Assembly (NCBI GenBank): GCA_004764695.1
Contig: SMSO01000035.1
Location: 2,294,001 to 2,358,000 of the forward strand
Source: Schizochytrium sp. TIO01
Taxonomy: Eukaryota; Protista; Bigyra: Labyrinthulomycetes
Reading direction: 5' to 3'
Length of the DNA stretch: 64,000 nt
A model generated the notes under the pieces. It saw nothing but the letters and a program-made list of their open reading frames with translations, was not told the origin of the DNA and searched no databases. Position 1 is the stretch's first letter; every line of letters starts with the position of its first letter. Positions 24,697 through 36,386 of this stretch are shown one piece after another. A program made the position numbers and the translations under genes.

Positions 24697-27251
24697 GCAA
24701 GTCTTTTCATCAGCAAGGGTTTCATAAGCGTATTCCAGGCTCGGTCTTATCTTGCTGCGATCAAAACTTTGAACCCAATGGGAGTGATGGTACTCCGGGT
24801 GGCTGCCGTCTATTATGCTCCCTGGCCTCTGACCCCCCAAAGCCAATCTTGCACTTTGAAGTATTTTTACGGAGGAAGAAGCAACTCATAAAATGCCGGA
24901 AAGATGCAGTACCCTATCACTTTCTTGGCATGAATTTCAAAGATCATGAATTAGGGCTTTTTGTTGCTGTCATTAAATTGCAAAAGCTTGCGACATTTCT
25001 TTAATTCGAACTGTTCCCTACTCTATAACTGTGAAAGGGGTCAAAAGGGGAAGAGGAGAATATTTATAGGCTATCAACTCCACTTTTTGCCATGCGAGGT
25101 GAGTCCGCCATACAGAAAAGTGTTTTATGCCTCCGGAATTAGTACCCGGAAAATGGAAATAGTCCAAGTAAATTTGATGTCAGCCAACAAATTTCCAGGT
25201 CTAGGCTTCTTTTCGGCTTATCTCCACATCACCAAACTACAGCAGGAAAAAAATAAACCATAGAGCAAGCAGATGGAAATTCCAGATTTGCACAGTATGT
25301 AGGTAGGTAGGTCTTGCAGGCTTTTGACAACTTGTCTTGAGGAAAAGCCGAAGCCTACACTTCGGGTGTTGCTCTATTTTTTTAAGCTGCAGCTAAAGTT
25401 ATCTAATCTCAAATTTCAATTCAGTCTTCAAGCTTCCCTTACAGTTAAACTGCGGCCACAATTGGACTGATTAACCAAATGATGGCCAATCTCGTTCGGC
25501 CAGGTCGCGAGGCCTTTTTGGCACTGTTTAGGTGTACTCCAATATGTGGAAACCAAAAGGTGAACGAATGTCTCACTCTGACTAGGATACATTTTGTGCA
25601 CTGTGACTTCGAGGCTTACTAAACAGCTAGCCTTGTATCGTCTTGATTTTAATAATAACTCATAATATAACCTGATACGAGCGAGTTAATATTTGTACTT
25701 CATGGTCCTTTGTAAGCTAAAGTCCAGGGCCTTCATCCAAATTAGATACCATACATGAGTTGAATTAAGGCGCTGTGAGCCTTTCATTTGCGTTAAGAAT
25801 TGCATGTACAAGAGAGCACACTTAGGAGCTCTGCAAGCCAGGTAGCTAGGAGCCAGCCGGGTTGAGCACCAGCGGCGGTCTTCGGGAATATGAAATAATG
25901 GCACCATCGCGGTGATCTATCCAGTTGGCCTCAATCACAAATCAGTGGATACAGGCACCTGTGATCTTTCAAAGTTCTGTTGGGGTGCCTATTTCTCTTT
26001 TACTAAGTACCTTTTTCTCACACCACGGGTCTTTCAAAATCGATCTTACTAACTTTAGTGCTGAGTCCTCTGCTAATTCCGATGACTTTGCTTGGTCCCA
26101 GCAGTGTTTGCAAACATGGTAATGGAGAAAGGCCATTGGAAAAGTAGTGCACAGAGTTGGTCATTGCAACGCCTGCAACCTGGGGAATGTAGTTTCTCTA
26201 TATCTTACAGGACAGACAAAATGTTAACTTTCATATTTTAAAATATCAATTATATATATATTTAATTATCAAATGTTAGTGTATCGCTTTTAAATTCTAT
26301 GATACCTTTATGAAAGACCGTCCGAGTCGTTGGCCACTTCCAATCTTCCTCTCCTCTGCCTGACTTGCTGCTTCTTTCCTAGACGCCAGAAATGAAAAGG
26401 AGAAGCAGTACCCGCTCTCTAGACACTATGTTTTTACTGGTAGGCTTGCGTCGATTGGAGTATTGAACCACATAAATGCATGCTTTCCCCGACGAGAATG
26501 GTTGCCCCTTCTGAATAAGCTGTCGGAAGGTGCGCTCTGATCTTCAACTTGGTTTTGCTTTTTCTGTTTCTGCGGAACCTGTCAAACTTCAGATCTCCTT
26601 TTCAACTGTCGGTAGTACTGATTATATTACTTTCTTTCTCAAGCGTGAATAACACTATTTTACTGTTTGCATATATATATATATATATAATAAAGTGATC
26701 TCTTTAAATTAATTCTTTTAGAACGGAAAAGCCTGTGGGACTCACTTTATTAATTATTCTACCTACACTTTCGTATGTACATTTTATTTTGCTGCGTTTG
26801 GGTTTTTTAATACAAAATGATAATTACTATTTTTAGTTTTCGTTTTTAGTTTTAGAAGAGTTATACAAAACCTCTAGAGAGGGAGAGAGAGAGATATATA
26901 ACAAGAAAAGAAAACCTCTTCTTTGCCATAAATTGATCAGTCAGGCACTCCTGCAATTACCCAATTCAAGCGTCGCGTTGGCGTTCGCTAGAGATGACCA
27001 CACATAGCAAGGAGATCCTTTAGATTGTTTGTGATCAGGGCGTAGAGTCTCTGCCCCATTCAGATCATCATCAGAGGGGAAGGAGACAGACCTTCAACTG
27101 CTTGAGTCCTGCAGAGCAGCTCTCAGCAAGGCCACCAGAGCGAAGAAAAGAAAAAGGGCTCAGAACTTTAAATTTGCGCTAGCAAATTATAACGTAGCTG
27201 AGCAATAGTAATTTACAGTAATATCAACAGAGAGGATAACAGGGGTGCAAC

Positions 27252-28925
27252 ATGAGGGCCTGGGAACATGGTGGCAGCAGCAGCAGTCTTAATACTTTAA
27301 TCTCATCGTCTACACCGGCAACAACATTGACAATGGCAAGCAGCACAGGAGTTGGCGGATTGAGGCGCCATCAGGATCTCAGCAGAGGACTAGAACCAGA
27401 AACCGAAGCTACTGATCTTGATGCCAAAGAAGCTCGCGATGAGGATAGCATCGATGCGCGAGGTAATCAAGAGTTCTGCCCAAATAGTGCGCAGAAGAAC
27501 CTTGGACGCTCACATAGTTTCAAAGTTAGCGAACATCACCATCGGCACCATAATAGCCCTGGCGCCTCGCAGGAAGCTGTGGACGAAGTAATTGCAATGA
27601 GGAGGAGAATGATGAAGAGAAGAAATAGCAGCAGGCTCGAACAACAACCAATTCGTATACTTGGTTTTCTTGCTGAAGGAAGGTCGGGTCGTATCGCAGT
27701 TGCAACACGCTATTCTGACGCCTGGGAAGCCGAAGACTCCAAAAAGGCTGATGAAGAGTTAGTTGATCAGCAATCAATTATACTTCAACCTAATGATTTG
27801 GTGTCAGCAACTCAACGACTTTCACTGTTGTCTACCTCTCCAAAAGGAGCACCTTCCTCGTCTTCACTATTAGCAATGAGAAAGGTAGATCGTCCTCCGC
27901 CGGTTAATACTTCAATTACCTCAAATTCCGACAATAACATCCCCAAAAGCGATACCGCGGCGATCACTAACATTAGTGATGTGCAGGTCTTTAAATTGAT
28001 GCCAGGTGCGATACCTAAATCTCGCTCTGACAAACTTTTGCAGATAACTGGTTCAAACGTTTCCCTTGAACTCTTGCCACAAGAGAACAGCCGTGTTCAA
28101 GAGAAATGTCCCTTTGCACTTAAGATCATGGATCTTGAGCGCAAGGATACAACTGGAGCTTCGTCAACTGAAGCATACGAGAATGAAATTTCTATTATGC
28201 GTCGTCTTGCTACTGTGGAGTCCGCAAGCCCATTCATGGTTGATTTTCTATTCGCCTCATACAGCCACGATAGGGTTTACATAGGCATGGGGCTTTGCCT
28301 CGGTGGCGACCTCTTCACTCTCATCCGTCAGGAGGCTTTTTCGCCTAAGGAGATCCTTTTCTTTGCCGTTGAGATCAGCCTCGCATTACAGCATTTACAT
28401 AATAACCGCATTATCCACGGAGACCTCAAACCTGAAAATGTTATGCTGACAAACGAGGGACATGTTAAAATTGTGGATTTTGGTTTATCTGTTCAATTAG
28501 ATGTGAATCGTCATTTTAACCCGGAAACAGGAAGGTTAGAGGTAGTTTCGCATTCGGGCACCCTCGCGTACTGTGCCCCAGAAGTCCTTGCTCGGTTTCC
28601 ACATAGCTTTGAGTCTGACTGGTGGAGCTATGGAGTGATTTTATATGAAATGCTTTGCCATTGTCTACCTTGGATGGGCAGTGACGATGATGAAACGTGT
28701 GCCATGATTTGCACTGCCCCTCTGAAGCCTCCAGAGGGATTGGATTATGTCGAACCTCGTTGCTTCAGCTTCATATCGCAGCTCCTTTGCAAAAGTCCTG
28801 AGAAGCGTATAGGCTTTGAAGGAGGCTTGGAGTCAATTAAACAGCATGAGTTCTTCAAATCTGTCAACTGGGACCATGCAAAGAATTTGCGGTACCGGCC
28901 GCCATTCAAATTGCTGAGCGGTTAG
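27252..28925 (+). CDS. AGC-like Ser/Thr protein kinase (non-RD, with a large N-lobe insertion)
   Basis: Motifs FALKIM, GGDLF, HGDLKPEN, DFG, GTLAYCAPE, DWWSYG and an AGC-type tail HEFFKSVNW...PPF. Confidence 0.9.
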   Translation: MRAWEHGGSSSSLNTLISSSTPATTLTMASSTGVGGLRRHQDLSRGLEPETEATDLDAKEARDEDSIDARGNQEFCPNSAQKNLGRSHSFKVSEHHHRHHNSPGASQEAVDEVIAMRRRMMKRRNSSRLEQQPIRILGFLAEGRSGRIAVATRYSDAWEAEDSKKADEELVDQQSIILQPNDLVSATQRLSLLSTSPKGAPSSSSLLAMRKVDRPPPVNTSITSNSDNNIPKSDTAAITNISDVQVFKLMPGAIPKSRSDKLLQITGSNVSLELLPQENSRVQEKCPFALKIMDLERKDTTGASSTEAYENEISIMRRLATVESASPFMVDFLFASYSHDRVYIGMGLCLGGDLFTLIRQEAFSPKEILFFAVEISLALQHLHNNRIIHGDLKPENVMLTNEGHVKIVDFGLSVQLDVNRHFNPETGRLEVVSHSGTLAYCAPEVLARFPHSFESDWWSYGVILYEMLCHCLPWMGSDDDETCAMICTAPLKPPEGLDYVEPRCFSFISQLLCKSPEKRIGFEGGLESIKQHEFFKSVNWDHAKNLRYRPPFKLLSG

Positions 28926-30889
28926 AAGATGCTCCTGTGTTGTCTGTCCGATTATTGCACATTTGGAGACTAGTGTGTCTCCGCTAGAATGACGTAATTT
29001 TTGAGATCAGACGACAATAATGGTGTATATATATACCAAGAGATTGACCAAACTTGACTCCACAAGTTTATTGCCCATAGAGATATTGGTTCAACCCAAT
29101 TCGTTGAACATCAAAATAATCTCACCCACCTATGAGTGATATTCGAAAATCTTACCTTTGTCAAGGCGTGTAGAGAGTTGTCCTTTTTTGCAACGCAGAC
29201 TGTCGCTTGAATCTAAAGGTTCATTTTCCCTGCTCCTGATCAAATACTTTTTCACAATTTTGAGGATCGATTCGGATCGTACTAGTAGTAATTATCATAT
29301 AACCCCATTTGGTATACTAAATAGAATTCATCAGAATGCTGTTCAGAATGCTTGTATACGTTCACTGGCGTTCTTTTACGAGTGGGATTACAGCGGATAC
29401 CATCAGTCCTTTCTGCCCAGTAATGAGAATAGACGGCATGTCACTAGGTGGTCATTGTAGATGCTGGCCTTTCCGGACCGATAGTAGACTCCCGCTTAGT
29501 GATGTTTTATTTTTGTTTTACAAATATAAGCAGTTCGTGAATTGAAAATTAAATTTAACTAATCAAAGAATAGTGTCTGGGCAATTTGAAAAACTAGCCT
29601 ATCACCAACATGGCAAACTATATTATATGACAAATCTGGAGAAATGTTTAAATCATCCAGCACATGCGTAGATGTCTTGGAAAGCATCGCTTCAACGCAT
29701 GTTCTTCCTCAGCACAACACTTTTTATGTGAAACAGCTTGGAATGAGTGGAACACAGACTTTGAAGTCAACTCCTCCTCACTTTTCTTGTAAAGCCACCT
29801 TTTAAAAGGCCCACTTAAAAAAGCCCTCTTTGGCTAAGTACAGGCCAATCGCAAAACTGATCTACACCTACCCTTTCACTTCACAACGACAAATGGATTG
29901 ATTCAAACGCTGTTCGTTATAGCATGTAAAACATCTTCTGCAACCAGGGTACCATAGTATCGGTGACACAGGTCGAACCAATCAGCAGTACGCTGAGCTG
30001 GAACATCGCTTTTCGTCACCGAAAGTCCCCCGAGACCCATCTTCGCGCACCCCTTTGTGCTTAGAACTCAATCCTAACAACACCATTCATCTCAGTTCCG
30101 TTTTCGCACACCGGGAGTGCGCGCCAAACCCACCTTAATTGGCCATTCTCAATCCCTCGTCTGCCTGCCCTCTAGTCCTATCATAAACTCTATCCCGTCA
30201 ATAGGCTTCAACAAACAATTAAAAAGCAAAGCCTATCAAGTGTTCCTCGTTTAATGGGGAAAAGGAAACCAACGTACCAATTACCTCTTTGGAACACCTT
30301 ATCGAACTTGCAGCTGAAGGAGAACTGCTAGACGCACTGCTAGCTGTTATGGGTAGGTGTGGCCTGCGTAGTGGGGCAGTAAGGGCCCCTAGGGCGCCTT
30401 CTTCTCCAGGCCTCGTTGGGCAAAGCACAAAGAATGGAGAAACCAGCAGAAAAAAAGCTCACGATTGAACGAACTCATCGTGGAATGAATGGGTGCTGGC
30501 TCGAGTCGATTAGGTCTCAAGACAAACTAATGCAGGTCAGGACGATGTGCGGTCTCTCTCGAACGAATTCGATCCGCAAGTCCACCGCGCTGTCTTGATA
30601 TTCATTTACTTCTTGTTAATTAATTAATTAATTTTTTATATTCATTCATTCATCTTGAAGCACTGAATGATTGCAATTACTTTTTCCTCTAAGTTGATTG
30701 TTATGATAAAACTATTTTAGCGGAGACGTTTATAGTCACTTACATTCGAAGAGCGCAGACCATCTGGATAGATCCAGGCATGTGCTCTCAAGCACGCTTC
30801 AAAGCGCCGTCTCTCGCAGAGAGTGCACGACATACCCAGCGACGTGCACACTCAACGGAGAAGAGCAGCTTTTGCAAAAGGAACATGAT

Positions 30890-30934
30890 TGCATGCATGC
30901 ATGCATACATACATCCTCGCATGCATGCATGCAT
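30890..30934. repeat. Two self-complementary (GCAT)4 tracts
   Basis: 30890-30906 and 30919-30934; directly visible. Confidence 0.9.
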
Positions 30935-31168
30935 ATGGATGCGCGGTTGTTTTGGCTTCAAGTCGAGTTTTTACCAAGTCGCTAAAAGATCTTCTATAAG
31001 AAGAAACAGGAAAAAGAAGGCGCTGCTCTGAGAGTGATAGGTCAATAATACAGAAAGGGGGGCAAGAGGAGCCTTAGCGTATAGCGTAGGTGGGGTGGTA
31101 CCAGGGTATCACTCGCTAGTTGGAGTAGGAGGTTGGTAGGGCCCTATCTTTGTATCTATCTATGTCTC

Positions 31169-31200
31169 TATGTATGTATGTATGTATGTATGTATGTATG
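31169..31200 (+). repeat. (TATG)8 microsatellite
   Basis: Directly visible. Confidence 0.95.
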
Positions 31201-32008
31201 AGTGTAGTTATCTCTTACTAGTCCAGGAGGTGGAAAAAGAACGAGAAGAACAGGTGGGAGGAATAGGGTTTAGCGTAGGTAGCTGGTAGGAGTTGGTTGT
31301 TTACTGTTCATTAGGGGCGTGTTTTTTCAAATCAGAGAGTAATGATTAAAGTTGAAAGGGTTATAGAAAATGTAGTTTAAAAAGAAAGAAGAAGGAGGGA
31401 GAATAAGAGAGAGAATCAGAGACAGCCAAAGAAGAGGGGAAAGAAGGGAAAGAAGGAGGAGGAGGAGGAGAAGAAGGAGAAGAAGCGCTGAGACAGACTC
31501 TGATCGCGCGAGGAGGTCACGCCGCCCCGACGCCGCGTTTACAGGGCCACGGCGCAGGAACAGCCGCGGTAAGCGAGCTGGTCGAGGCAGAAGACCGCAG
31601 GCGGGAAGGTGAGCGGGAACGGAAGCATCGCAGGTTCGACGGCGAGGACGAGGCTGCTGCTGGCAAAAGCGAGCACTAAATAGCCTCCCTTGCTTGGCTT
31701 GTTCCTGAGTGACGCAGAGAGTGCAGATATTCAGCAATACTAGCTTGGCACTGCGCCCGTGAAGCAAGCTGTGAAGCAGCCGGGAATCTAGAGACCGGAA
31801 GCAGCACAGCCCCAGCTGGAATTTAGACTCGAGAGGAACTCCAGATCGAATTTGAGTGATCGTAGTGGTTCTTTTGCGAATTCATCTGGAATCTGCCAGA
31901 GCAGAGTACAGACGCTTGAATTCTTCAAATCAAAAGACCAAGCAAACCAAAGGACACTTCGCAAAAGACAAGGAACTTGCGTCAGAAGTCCTAGACAAGA
32001 AAGCTAGC

Positions 32009-33007
32009 ATGGGCTCGTTCCTCGAGAAGCCTGTGACCGAGAAGGAGACTTTGGAGAGCTCCGGAGAGCTCAAGGATGGCGGCAAATTACACTATGGCGT
32101 GTCTGCAATGCAGGGCTGGCGCGTGAACATGGAGGACTCTCACGTCCACAAGATTGGGCTTGGGGACCGAGGAGATTTAGCGTTATTCGGCGTGTTTGAT
32201 GGCCACGGAGGGAGGCTCGTGGCCTGCCATGCCGCTGCCTCCCTGCATCAAGAACTGGAAGAGACGGAGAACTATGCCAAACTGGCCATTGGAATGGCTA
32301 ATGGTAAGGAGTCCGCTGCCTCGCTCGGCAAGGCAATCCGTGCCTCCTTTTTAAGCCTTGACCAGAAAATGCGTAACCTCGAACAGGTGCGCCTCGGCGT
32401 CGACCACAGTGGATCCACAGCTGTTGTGTCCTTCCTCACGCCGTCCCATTTTATCGTGGGTAACTGCGGTGATTCTCGTCTCATAATTTGTGGAGAGGAC
32501 GCTGTTATCTTTAGCACGCTCGATCACAAACCTACGCAACCATCAGAGCAGGCTCGTATCGAGAACGCTGGAGGCACCGTAACTTTTCGTCGTGTGAATG
32601 GCGACCTCGCCGTTTCGCGCGCCCTCGGAGACTTCCTATACAAGGCTAATGACTCCTTGCCAGATGTAGAGCAGATGGTGTCTGCGGAACCGGAGGTTTC
32701 TATCGTGCAACGCAAGGAAACCGACCAGTTTGTTGTTCTTGCCTGCGATGGTATTTGGGACGTTATGACGAACGAGGGTGTTTGCAACTTCGTGCTGCAA
32801 AAGATGCGTGAGGGCCTCCCGTTGCCGATCATTTGCGAAGACCTCATTGACCACTGCTTGGAGCTTGGATCTAGGGACAATATGAGTGTTATCATTGTTG
32901 CCCTCCCCGGTGCACCAGCCGAGCTCGGAACGAAGTCTACTGAAGACATTAGGAAGGAGAGGCAAGGCCAGGAATCCCAGGACTCTTCTGCTGTTTCTTC
33001 GAACTAA
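32009..33007 (+). CDS. Protein phosphatase 2C (PPM1A/B, Ptc2/3-like)
   Basis: Starts MGSFLEKP (like the myristoylated PPM1A start MGAFLDKP). Motifs MQGWRVNMED, VFDGHGG, NCGDSR, DHKP, LAVSRALGD, ACDGIWD, GSRDN. Confidence 0.95.
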   Translation: MGSFLEKPVTEKETLESSGELKDGGKLHYGVSAMQGWRVNMEDSHVHKIGLGDRGDLALFGVFDGHGGRLVACHAAASLHQELEETENYAKLAIGMANGKESAASLGKAIRASFLSLDQKMRNLEQVRLGVDHSGSTAVVSFLTPSHFIVGNCGDSRLIICGEDAVIFSTLDHKPTQPSEQARIENAGGTVTFRRVNGDLAVSRALGDFLYKANDSLPDVEQMVSAEPEVSIVQRKETDQFVVLACDGIWDVMTNEGVCNFVLQKMREGLPLPIICEDLIDHCLELGSRDNMSVIIVALPGAPAELGTKSTEDIRKERQGQESQDSSAVSSN

Positions 33008-34260
33008 TAAGAGAAGGCAAGATTCAGAATTCTTGCTACTACTGTTTCTCCGGTTACCACCACATTGCCCACATCCGCGATCGCTTCGAAGATGATATTT
33101 GCAGTCTTCAAGGCCTTCTCTCCCATTTTTTACACCAACTAAACACGCGCTTTTCGCCCTCTAACGTTGTTTTTTACCTCCAGTCTTGGATATATAGCTG
33201 GTTCGCATTGCACATAGCCATTCCAACGGACGGTAAAATACACTCTTTGCTGAGTTGACCCCATTTTTCACATGCTTATCGTACATCCCAATACCTTTTG
33301 GCTCGTAATGACTAGGATATCTTTTCTATACCCCACCTTTATATCGAATTCTTGCAGTATTTAGTGCGCCCACCTAATCATCATCACCCTCTCATTAGAG
33401 TGATATTGCAGCAATCTTTGCTCGAATTATCTCTTAAATTCCTTTTCTAAAATCAATGTGGTACTCCCGATATTTAGGGAATCAATTTGATAGGCACTTT
33501 GTTATTTAACCTTCTCACTGATCAAAGTCCGACTAATCCTGTGAAGAAACTCACATCAATGTTTGCTCACCTTGTGACCGTAAGGAGCAAAACTCGGGAG
33601 CAAAACAACGGTAGCAATACTCATACTCTGTAGGTCGCGATACAGAGCGATCAAGATGGATATCCTTATTGTTTTGCTTTTCCTATCTAGGCACTTATGT
33701 TGGTCAATGTTCAGAATCCTACCTCTTTTTTGCCAGCAAACTCTTGGGGAACAAATCGATTAAGGGCTCTCCTCTGCAACTTGCTAAGTCATCGTTTAGA
33801 TATGTATCCTACTCAGACATGTCACATATTCCTGAGAGAAGTCTGAGAGATAATACAGAGCTTGAGCATGATAATTAAAAAGAGTTCAAGTTTTTTGCAT
33901 TCTCAGCACTACTCAACCATGCTATTCCAATCTCGGATGCTTCCATAATTGCAGGCGCATTACTTGAAGGAAAGAAGAAGACTGGGTGATATCACCTCGT
34001 TTTGAAGTGGAGTCTTCGCAGCATTTGCGAAATAGAAAGAAAGGTAAAAAAAAAGCAGTGCGCGTGCACAAGTCCTTTCAGTAGTAGTTTCTACTGGGAA
34101 CTATAGTCCCAAAGTAGTGTACAAGTCGGTTCAAACATATATTAGTCAATTTGAAGGTGAATAACAGAGTCCAACTTGGTTATTTTCCTCCAAGGTGGTT
34201 GACAGGGTTTGACATTCAAGGTCTAAATACCTATTAACCGTTGGGCTGTGGATTTCGAGA

Positions 34261-34293
34261 GAAGAAGACGAAGAAGAAGAAGAAGAAGAAGAA
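34261..34293 (+). repeat. (GAA)n tract upstream of the sulfotransferase-like gene
   Basis: Directly visible; a similar GAA tract lies at ~334-363. Confidence 0.85.
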
Positions 34294-34593
34294 GGCTCGC
34301 TAGGCTTGTCGAACGTGGGAGTCGTGCGCCACTTCCACGCACGCGCAGGGTTTTGTGTGTTTTTTTACTTACTTTTTACTTTCTTTCTTTGTTTCCTTAA
34401 CAATCGATCGGTCATTGGAGTTTGACATTCAAAGGACCTTTGACGACGTACGCGTGTGCCAAGGGCAACAGAACCATTTGCAAAGGGTCAACATATTTTC
34501 TTTCAAAGGCCACACGAAGTTGCCTTGTGCGTGCAAGAGAAGGGTGTGTCCACGAAGCGCAGAGGACCTGGCTGAGCTAGATTAGTTGGGATA

Positions 34594-35805
34594 ATGACAG
34601 ATGAAGATAAACCAAAGCGTTTTCGACTTGTCCCGGGAGATCCACTAAGAGTACAAACAAGCTCTCATCAACCATTGAACATTGTTCGTCTTGAAGATAG
34701 AAAGGACTCACGATTGTTTTTAGGCCAGGACCTGAAATATTGTACTGCAGAACGAATTGTGTCGCTGGTTGAGGGAGGATGGACTTCACAGGAATCCATT
34801 AAACGCGCCCTTAAATTTAAGGCGTACGATGGTGATGTCATTCTGTGCGCTGCGCCAAAATCTGGCGAGGGAATCATCCTGGCCATGCTTCAGCTTCTTG
34901 CTCTCGGTGAAAACAGTGTTGACGCAAATGGAAAGCGTACTGCAGAAGGCGAGTATTATCCAATTCCTTTCATTGAAAACAAAGGCTATGATGCGAATCC
35001 TCGTGCGTTGGATGAGCTGCAGCCCGGAGTTTTGAGATTGTACAAGTCCCACATGAGTGCTTTTGCTGTTCGTGATAAAGTGCGCAGCGAGGGTCGCTTT
35101 ATTACCATTATTCGTGACCCCAAGGATTATCGATTGGGCTTTTTCAGATGCCTGGACAGACTCTACGAGGAGGAGCGTAAGGGCAATTCGTATGCTACGT
35201 CATTCTCTGCTCGCTACAATGTGGATGAATTCGCCAAAGTCAAACCAATCCTCACCCATGTGAATCAGGAGAGGCCTACTTATGAGGAGAATGTTGTGGA
35301 GTGGATGTCTTTGCGTGATGAGAGCAACGTACTTGTGCTGTTCTATGAAGACATAATTCATGATACGCGGTCAGTTCTAGATCAACTGTGTAGTTTTGTA
35401 AACATTGATGCCTCTACATCACTACGCAAAGCAATCCTTATGCACACCAACTTTACAAAGATGCACGACACATATGGCCCAATGCATGAATTGAGTTGTG
35501 AGGAAGCTGATGTGAAAGTTGGCCAGGCGGTCAACCGCTTTGGTTTTGATGCAAATCTCGCCATGAACCAGCTCTGGGTAATGGCCGTTAAATCTGTCAA
35601 TCCACAATGGCGTGACTATAGCTTGTTCTACACTGGCATCACTGAAAGGCCGTTTCCCTTTGAGTACAAAGATATGCCCGATGCGGAGCAAGACTTCCTT
35701 TGCGCAGATCTCAAAGAGATGTTCCTTTCTTGTTTTAGCAGGTTTCGGTCTAACTCCACTTCCTCAAGTCAGCTACCGCAAAACCGTTTCTCTGTGTGGA
35801 AGTAG
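34594..35805 (+). CDS. Sulfotransferase-domain protein (degenerate PAPS-binding motifs)
   Basis: DVILCAAPKSG (5'-PSB loop), YKSH, IIRDPKD (3'-PB), NVLVLFYED. Confidence 0.75.
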   Translation: MTDEDKPKRFRLVPGDPLRVQTSSHQPLNIVRLEDRKDSRLFLGQDLKYCTAERIVSLVEGGWTSQESIKRALKFKAYDGDVILCAAPKSGEGIILAMLQLLALGENSVDANGKRTAEGEYYPIPFIENKGYDANPRALDELQPGVLRLYKSHMSAFAVRDKVRSEGRFITIIRDPKDYRLGFFRCLDRLYEEERKGNSYATSFSARYNVDEFAKVKPILTHVNQERPTYEENVVEWMSLRDESNVLVLFYEDIIHDTRSVLDQLCSFVNIDASTSLRKAILMHTNFTKMHDTYGPMHELSCEEADVKVGQAVNRFGFDANLAMNQLWVMAVKSVNPQWRDYSLFYTGITERPFPFEYKDMPDAEQDFLCADLKEMFLSCFSRFRSNSTSSSQLPQNRFSVWK

Positions 35806-36386
35806 ATTGCTAAATGTTTGTCGTGCGAAATCTGCCCCAGAGACAGCCCAATCTGGCCGCTTTCCCAAGCGAAGTATAATAATACAAAGGGTTGACATGA
35901 CCTGGGGCCATCAAATGTCATGGATTACAAACATTTTGGTGGACTGCTTCTATCAGCGATACTCTTCATGTCGCTTTTCTATCGTAAGAAAGAGAAGGCA
36001 ATACTCTTTTGAGAGTCTAGAGAGATCATTACAATGGGATAGTCCAGATCCTAGTTGTAACATTCAGTCTGCTTTTCCACTTTCATTTTTTATGAACCAA
36101 TGTTGTTTTAAACTCAGAAACATATATTTTGTATCTCCTCAACTATATCTTGGATTCAATTGCCATTTCAAAAACAAAAACAAAAACAAAAAAGAGTCAA
36201 CTAACACACAGCTAATGTTTGCAAACAAATAACTAAAAACGATTATAGAGGAAATTGGGAAATACAGACCTTTATATGCTAGAAGGAGTAGACATTCCTG
36301 CAGCAGAACACATGAGACACATTGAAATAAGCAGAACTAAAATGGAGAAAGTGGTCTTGAGTGAAGTTCAATATGCTTTCATGTGA

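Noticed and set aside
33638-33647. CGATACAGAG resembling the U6 ACAGAGA box
   Set aside because: Flanks do not match U6.
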